Shown: in pieces, positions 10,305 through 13,225 of the stretch | Position numbering within the stretch: position 1 is the first letter of the stretch | How the letters are laid out: each line of letters starts with the position of its first letter | NCBI GenBank assembly: GCA_963977445.1 | Contig: CAXBPH010000197.1 | Location: forward strand, 1 to 13,225 | From: an uncultured bacterium | Lineage (GTDB): Bacteria; Hydrogenedentota; Hydrogenedentia; Hydrogenedentales; JAEUWI01 | Length of the DNA: 13,225 bases | Direction of reading: 5' to 3' | Translations under genes and position numbers: made by a program | The notes under the pieces: generated by a model | What the model was told of the DNA's origin: nothing | Databases searched by the model: none | What the model saw: the letters and a program-made list of their open reading frames with translations, nothing else

Positions 10305-10895
10305 TTATTCCACCACGGTGTTGGAGCCCCTGCGGCGCAAGAGACCGGCCACCATCAGGATAGCGACGAGCAGCGCGAGGCCCAGGGGTGAGGAGAGGGG
10401 CAACCCGGTAGTACCTTTGGTAAAGAAAGGCAAGGGATCACCCCCGTAATTGCCATTGCCAGGGCCTACCCCGCCCAGGGGTTCCCCGGTTAAGTCCCCG
10501 ACGATAGAGTCGTCATCGACCAGGATCAACGCAACGGGGCCACTTTCGTCGTCGTATAGTATGGTGACCAGATAGGTGTTCCCACTACCCGTGACACTGA
10601 CAGGGCTTCCCGACCCGGAGCCGACGAGGGCAAAATCAGTGATATCCACGCCCGTGACATCTTCGGTAAAGGTCACCTCTATCGTCACCGTATCGGTAGT
10701 TTTTGCGCCCATTTCGAACATGTCATACACATAGGGCACGTGGAGGTAGTGGGTGGGGTGTTCAAAATGGAGCTCGGCGATGAAACCATCAAATGAGGTG
10801 GGGTCGGTAAGCAGATAGGTCGATGGATTGGCCGATACGTCTGCCGTCCCGTCGAGAAATCCCAGGGTGTAGACCTCCTGGGTGCGCAAGTCCAT
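10305..10895 (-). CDS. C-terminal fragment: last propeller blade, Ig-like module and LP-TM-RRR sorting signal
   Basis: VTFTEDVTGVDITDF...LVDDDSI...PLGGVGPGNGNY, then GLPLSSPLGLALLVAILMVAGLLRRRGSNTVVE. Confidence 0.7.
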   Translation of the reverse strand: MDLRTQEVYTLGFLDGTADVSANPSTYLLTDPTSFDGFIAELHFEHPTHYLHVPYVYDMFEMGAKTTDTVTIEVTFTEDVTGVDITDFALVGSGSGSPVSVTGSGNTYLVTILYDDESGPVALILVDDDSIVGDLTGEPLGGVGPGNGNYGGDPLPFFTKGTTGLPLSSPLGLALLVAILMVAGLLRRRGSNTVVE

Positions 10896-11272
10896 CTGGA
10901 GGTTGGTATAGAGGCCACGGTGCCGTTTTCAAAGATGTCCACGAGATACATGTCGTAAGACTGGGCGGGCGGCATGGCCTGAACGGCCGGGCCGGGGTCA
11001 AAGTCGACCGTATCCTGGAAGGTTCCGCATATATAGAGGTCGTTTCCGAAGGCATCAATACCCACGGCCACCCCTTTATCATCGTTGGGTCCACCGAGAC
11101 GTCGGGCAAAAACGAGCCCACCCGATGCGTCGTAGCGGGCTATGAAAACGTCATCGTTTCCCGTCGAGGTCAAATTGACGGTACCGACGCCGGGATCAAA
11201 ATCGACCGTGCTGGAGAAGGTCCCCACGACAAAAGCGTTTCCGTAGTAGTCGGTCACGATGTCCTGTGGCAT
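10685..11272 (-). CDS. Middle fragment: two further beta-propeller repeats; residues after about 10910 are probably out of frame
   Basis: TDYYGNAFVVGTFSSTVDFDPGVG...DVFIARYDASG and IDAFGNDLYICGTFQDTVDFDPGP...DMYLVDIFENG, followed by a non-repeat Pro/Ser/Arg-rich tail. Confidence 0.6.
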   Translation of the reverse strand: MPQDIVTDYYGNAFVVGTFSSTVDFDPGVGTVNLTSTGNDDVFIARYDASGGLVFARRLGGPNDDKGVAVGIDAFGNDLYICGTFQDTVDFDPGPAVQAMPPAQSYDMYLVDIFENGTVASIPTSRWTCAPRRSTPWDFSTGRQTYRPIHRPICLPTPPHLMVSSPSSILNTPPTTSTCPMCMTCSKWAQKLPIR

Positions 11273-13206
11273 GTCTGAATCCCCTGTGCCGCCAAGGCAA
11301 AGGCGTATTCAAGATTACCCGCATCAACATCGACGCCCTGGGACTTGATAAGAATGCCCCGTCCGTCATCAAAGCTCCCGTTGCCCGCGCCCGTCCCACC
11401 CAAGGGCTGACTCGTGGCGGTGGAGAGAATGGTGTCATCATCGACCAGGGAAAGACGCACATACTCGCCTTCCGTTGGCGTAAGTGCGATGGCCAGCTGA
11501 TAGGTATTGGGCGTACCGGGCTTGGGCAGTACCCCGACCACACTCGCCCCGGTCGATCCGGAGACGACAAAGTCGGTGGGGTCTACGCCCGTAACCTCTT
11601 CGCTGAATTCGACTTCGAAGACAGGATAAACGAGATTAAAATAGCTGACCGGGGCCGTGCGCAACACCTGAGGCACATTGGGCACCGGTGGGACGGGCTC
11701 CGGGTCCAATTTGACCAGCACACAATCCTGGGTACCGCCGGCCGTCAGGGGATATCCGTTGACGGAATTCGGATCGGCATCTGCGCTGCCAGAATAGGTC
11801 GCTACGAATCGCAATCGCTGGCGACGGTCAAGATCCACCAAGTCCACGGAACCCGACGTGTCGGATTCCAGGTTGAAGGCATAGTTGTAGGAACCGTCTG
11901 CATTCAAGCGCAACAAAACACCATCACGGGAAGAAGGCGTACCCGGCGAGGTCAGATTGGCTTCATTGGTGCCGGGATCAAAATCGACAGTATCTTCGAA
12001 CTCACCGCTGAGGTATACAGAACCCTCCGGCGTTGCTTCCAGGTCCCAGAAGCGGCAGTAGCCCGTCGGCTCAAACACATGCCCATATTGGAGCGCCAAC
12101 CCACTGTCGAGCTTGACCACGAAGGCCAAACGATCAATCGGATTACCGCTCAAAATTACGGTGCCCGCTGACGAATCAAAATCCGCGTCTCCGAGCACCG
12201 CACCGCACACGTAGAAATTCCCGAAGACGTCGAAATCGGCCCCCAGGGCATGGCAGTTGCTACTGGCCTGGGATTCCGCAAGGAAGTTTGCGGAAAGGAA
12301 ATTCCCAGCACCATCAAGTTGCACCAGATATATACTATCCTGAGAATTATCCGGCGCACCGACCAGATTGGCGACGCCCGCGCCGGGATCAAAGTCGACG
12401 GTACCGGAAAAGGCCCCCAACACATAAGCATTTCCGTTTGGGTGGATACGTACGACTTCGACCCTTTGATCATAGGTCCCGTTCACCGTGTAAGCGTAAA
12501 CAAACTGCCCCTCGCTATCGAGCTTTATCAGAAAGCCGTCGTCCTCCAGGGGGACGGGCAACATGGTAACGCCCGGCCCGGGATCGGCGTCGAAGGTGCC
12601 GCCCGTTTCGTAGATACCGTGGAGATAGATATTCCCCTGGGGGTCAAGAACCAGATCATTGATAGTCCCGATGCCCTGGCTCACCCCCGTGGTCCAGGTC
12701 TGCATGGAGACGAAGTTCCCCGAGGGATTCAGGCGCAGTAAAAACATGGAAAATGTATTGAGGCTGGACACGTGGTAAACGGCAATGCCGGGGTCGAAAT
12801 CCAGTTCCTCTCCGGCGCCGACAGGGAAGGTTTCAAATTGGCCATAGACCAGCAGGTCGTCGTTGTGGGCCGTTGCAATGCCTTCCACATATACATTCCC
12901 GAATCCTGTCACCGTCCGCACAAAGCGTAAAGCGCCACTGTCATCGTATTTGGCGATATACCCTTGGCGATATTCTCCTTCGGTGCCCACGAGGTCGGTA
13001 TCGCCAACAATTTCGACCACGCCCGGGCCGGGATCAAAATCAACCGTACCCCGAAAGACGCCGCCCAGCAAAACATTGCCGTCGTCATCGACTTCCATCG
13101 CGTGGCTATACACGCGATCCGAGCTATCGAGTGAGATTGCGCAGTCTAGATTTCCCGGCTGTGCGTCAGCACCCGCGCCCAAGCCCAACGCAACCCCTAA
13201 AAGCAT
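11254..13206 (-). CDS. N-terminal fragment: signal peptide, 7-bladed SBBP-like beta-propeller, Ig-like module
   Basis: Seven repeats of about 65-70 aa with DFDPG/DADP motifs, a Pro-rich linker (PEPVPPVPNVP), then VEFSEEVTGVDPTDF...LVDDDTI...PLGGTGAGNGSF. Confidence 0.8.
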   Translation of the reverse strand: MLLGVALGLGAGADAQPGNLDCAISLDSSDRVYSHAMEVDDDGNVLLGGVFRGTVDFDPGPGVVEIVGDTDLVGTEGEYRQGYIAKYDDSGALRFVRTVTGFGNVYVEGIATAHNDDLLVYGQFETFPVGAGEELDFDPGIAVYHVSSLNTFSMFLLRLNPSGNFVSMQTWTTGVSQGIGTINDLVLDPQGNIYLHGIYETGGTFDADPGPGVTMLPVPLEDDGFLIKLDSEGQFVYAYTVNGTYDQRVEVVRIHPNGNAYVLGAFSGTVDFDPGAGVANLVGAPDNSQDSIYLVQLDGAGNFLSANFLAESQASSNCHALGADFDVFGNFYVCGAVLGDADFDSSAGTVILSGNPIDRLAFVVKLDSGLALQYGHVFEPTGYCRFWDLEATPEGSVYLSGEFEDTVDFDPGTNEANLTSPGTPSSRDGVLLRLNADGSYNYAFNLESDTSGSVDLVDLDRRQRLRFVATYSGSADADPNSVNGYPLTAGGTQDCVLVKLDPEPVPPVPNVPQVLRTAPVSYFNLVYPVFEVEFSEEVTGVDPTDFVVSGSTGASVVGVLPKPGTPNTYQLAIALTPTEGEYVRLSLVDDDTILSTATSQPLGGTGAGNGSFDDGRGILIKSQGVDVDAGNLEYAFALAAQGIQTCHRTS

Positions 13207-13225
13207 AGCCCAAGATGCTCGTGTC

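Larger units (their letters stand above)
10305..13225 (-). pseudogene. Frame-disrupted secreted surface protein: SBBP-like beta-propeller repeats + Ig-like modules + C-terminal sorting signal (true pseudogene or assembly error)
   Basis: ORFs 11254-13206, 10685-11272 and 10305-10895 lie in successive -1 frames and continue the same repeat (D..GN.Y..G.F..TVDFDPG.G...D.F..K.D..G). The first frame is open to the window edge (TRASWAMLLGVALGLGAGADA-Q, signal-peptide-like), so the true start may be upstream. Frame breaks at about 11292-11297 and 10900-10925. Confidence 0.75.

Noticed and set aside
10890..11300. Programmed -1 ribosomal frameshifting or phase variation in the surface-protein gene
   Set aside because: Both breaks are -1, but neither junction has a canonical slippery heptamer or a long simple-sequence tract.

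Overview
Bacterial chromosomal window of moderately high GC in which every supportable gene is on the minus strand. In transcription order (right to left): (1) a large secreted protein with beta-propeller repeats, two Ig-like modules and a C-terminal LP-TM-RRR sorting signal, split by two frame breaks; (2) groES-groEL with a sigma70-type promoter, an overlapping CIRCE operator and a terminator; (3) a tightly spaced trio of a sensor-less hybrid histidine kinase, a CYTH/class IV adenylate cyclase-like protein and a TPM-transmembrane-ankyrin protein with about 20 repeats; (4) acetyl-CoA synthetase (acs), followed by an inverted repeat built from 9-bp units; (5) the 5' end of a NUDIX hydrolase gene not listed in the ORF track. 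The best novelty candidates are the TPM-TM-ankyrin protein with its kinase/CYTH neighbours, the disrupted surface protein (which appears to have lost about 4 propeller blades) and the GTGGAC 9-mer hairpin. No RNA genes, CRISPR arrays or transposases were seen. All family calls come from motif recognition by eye, not database searches.
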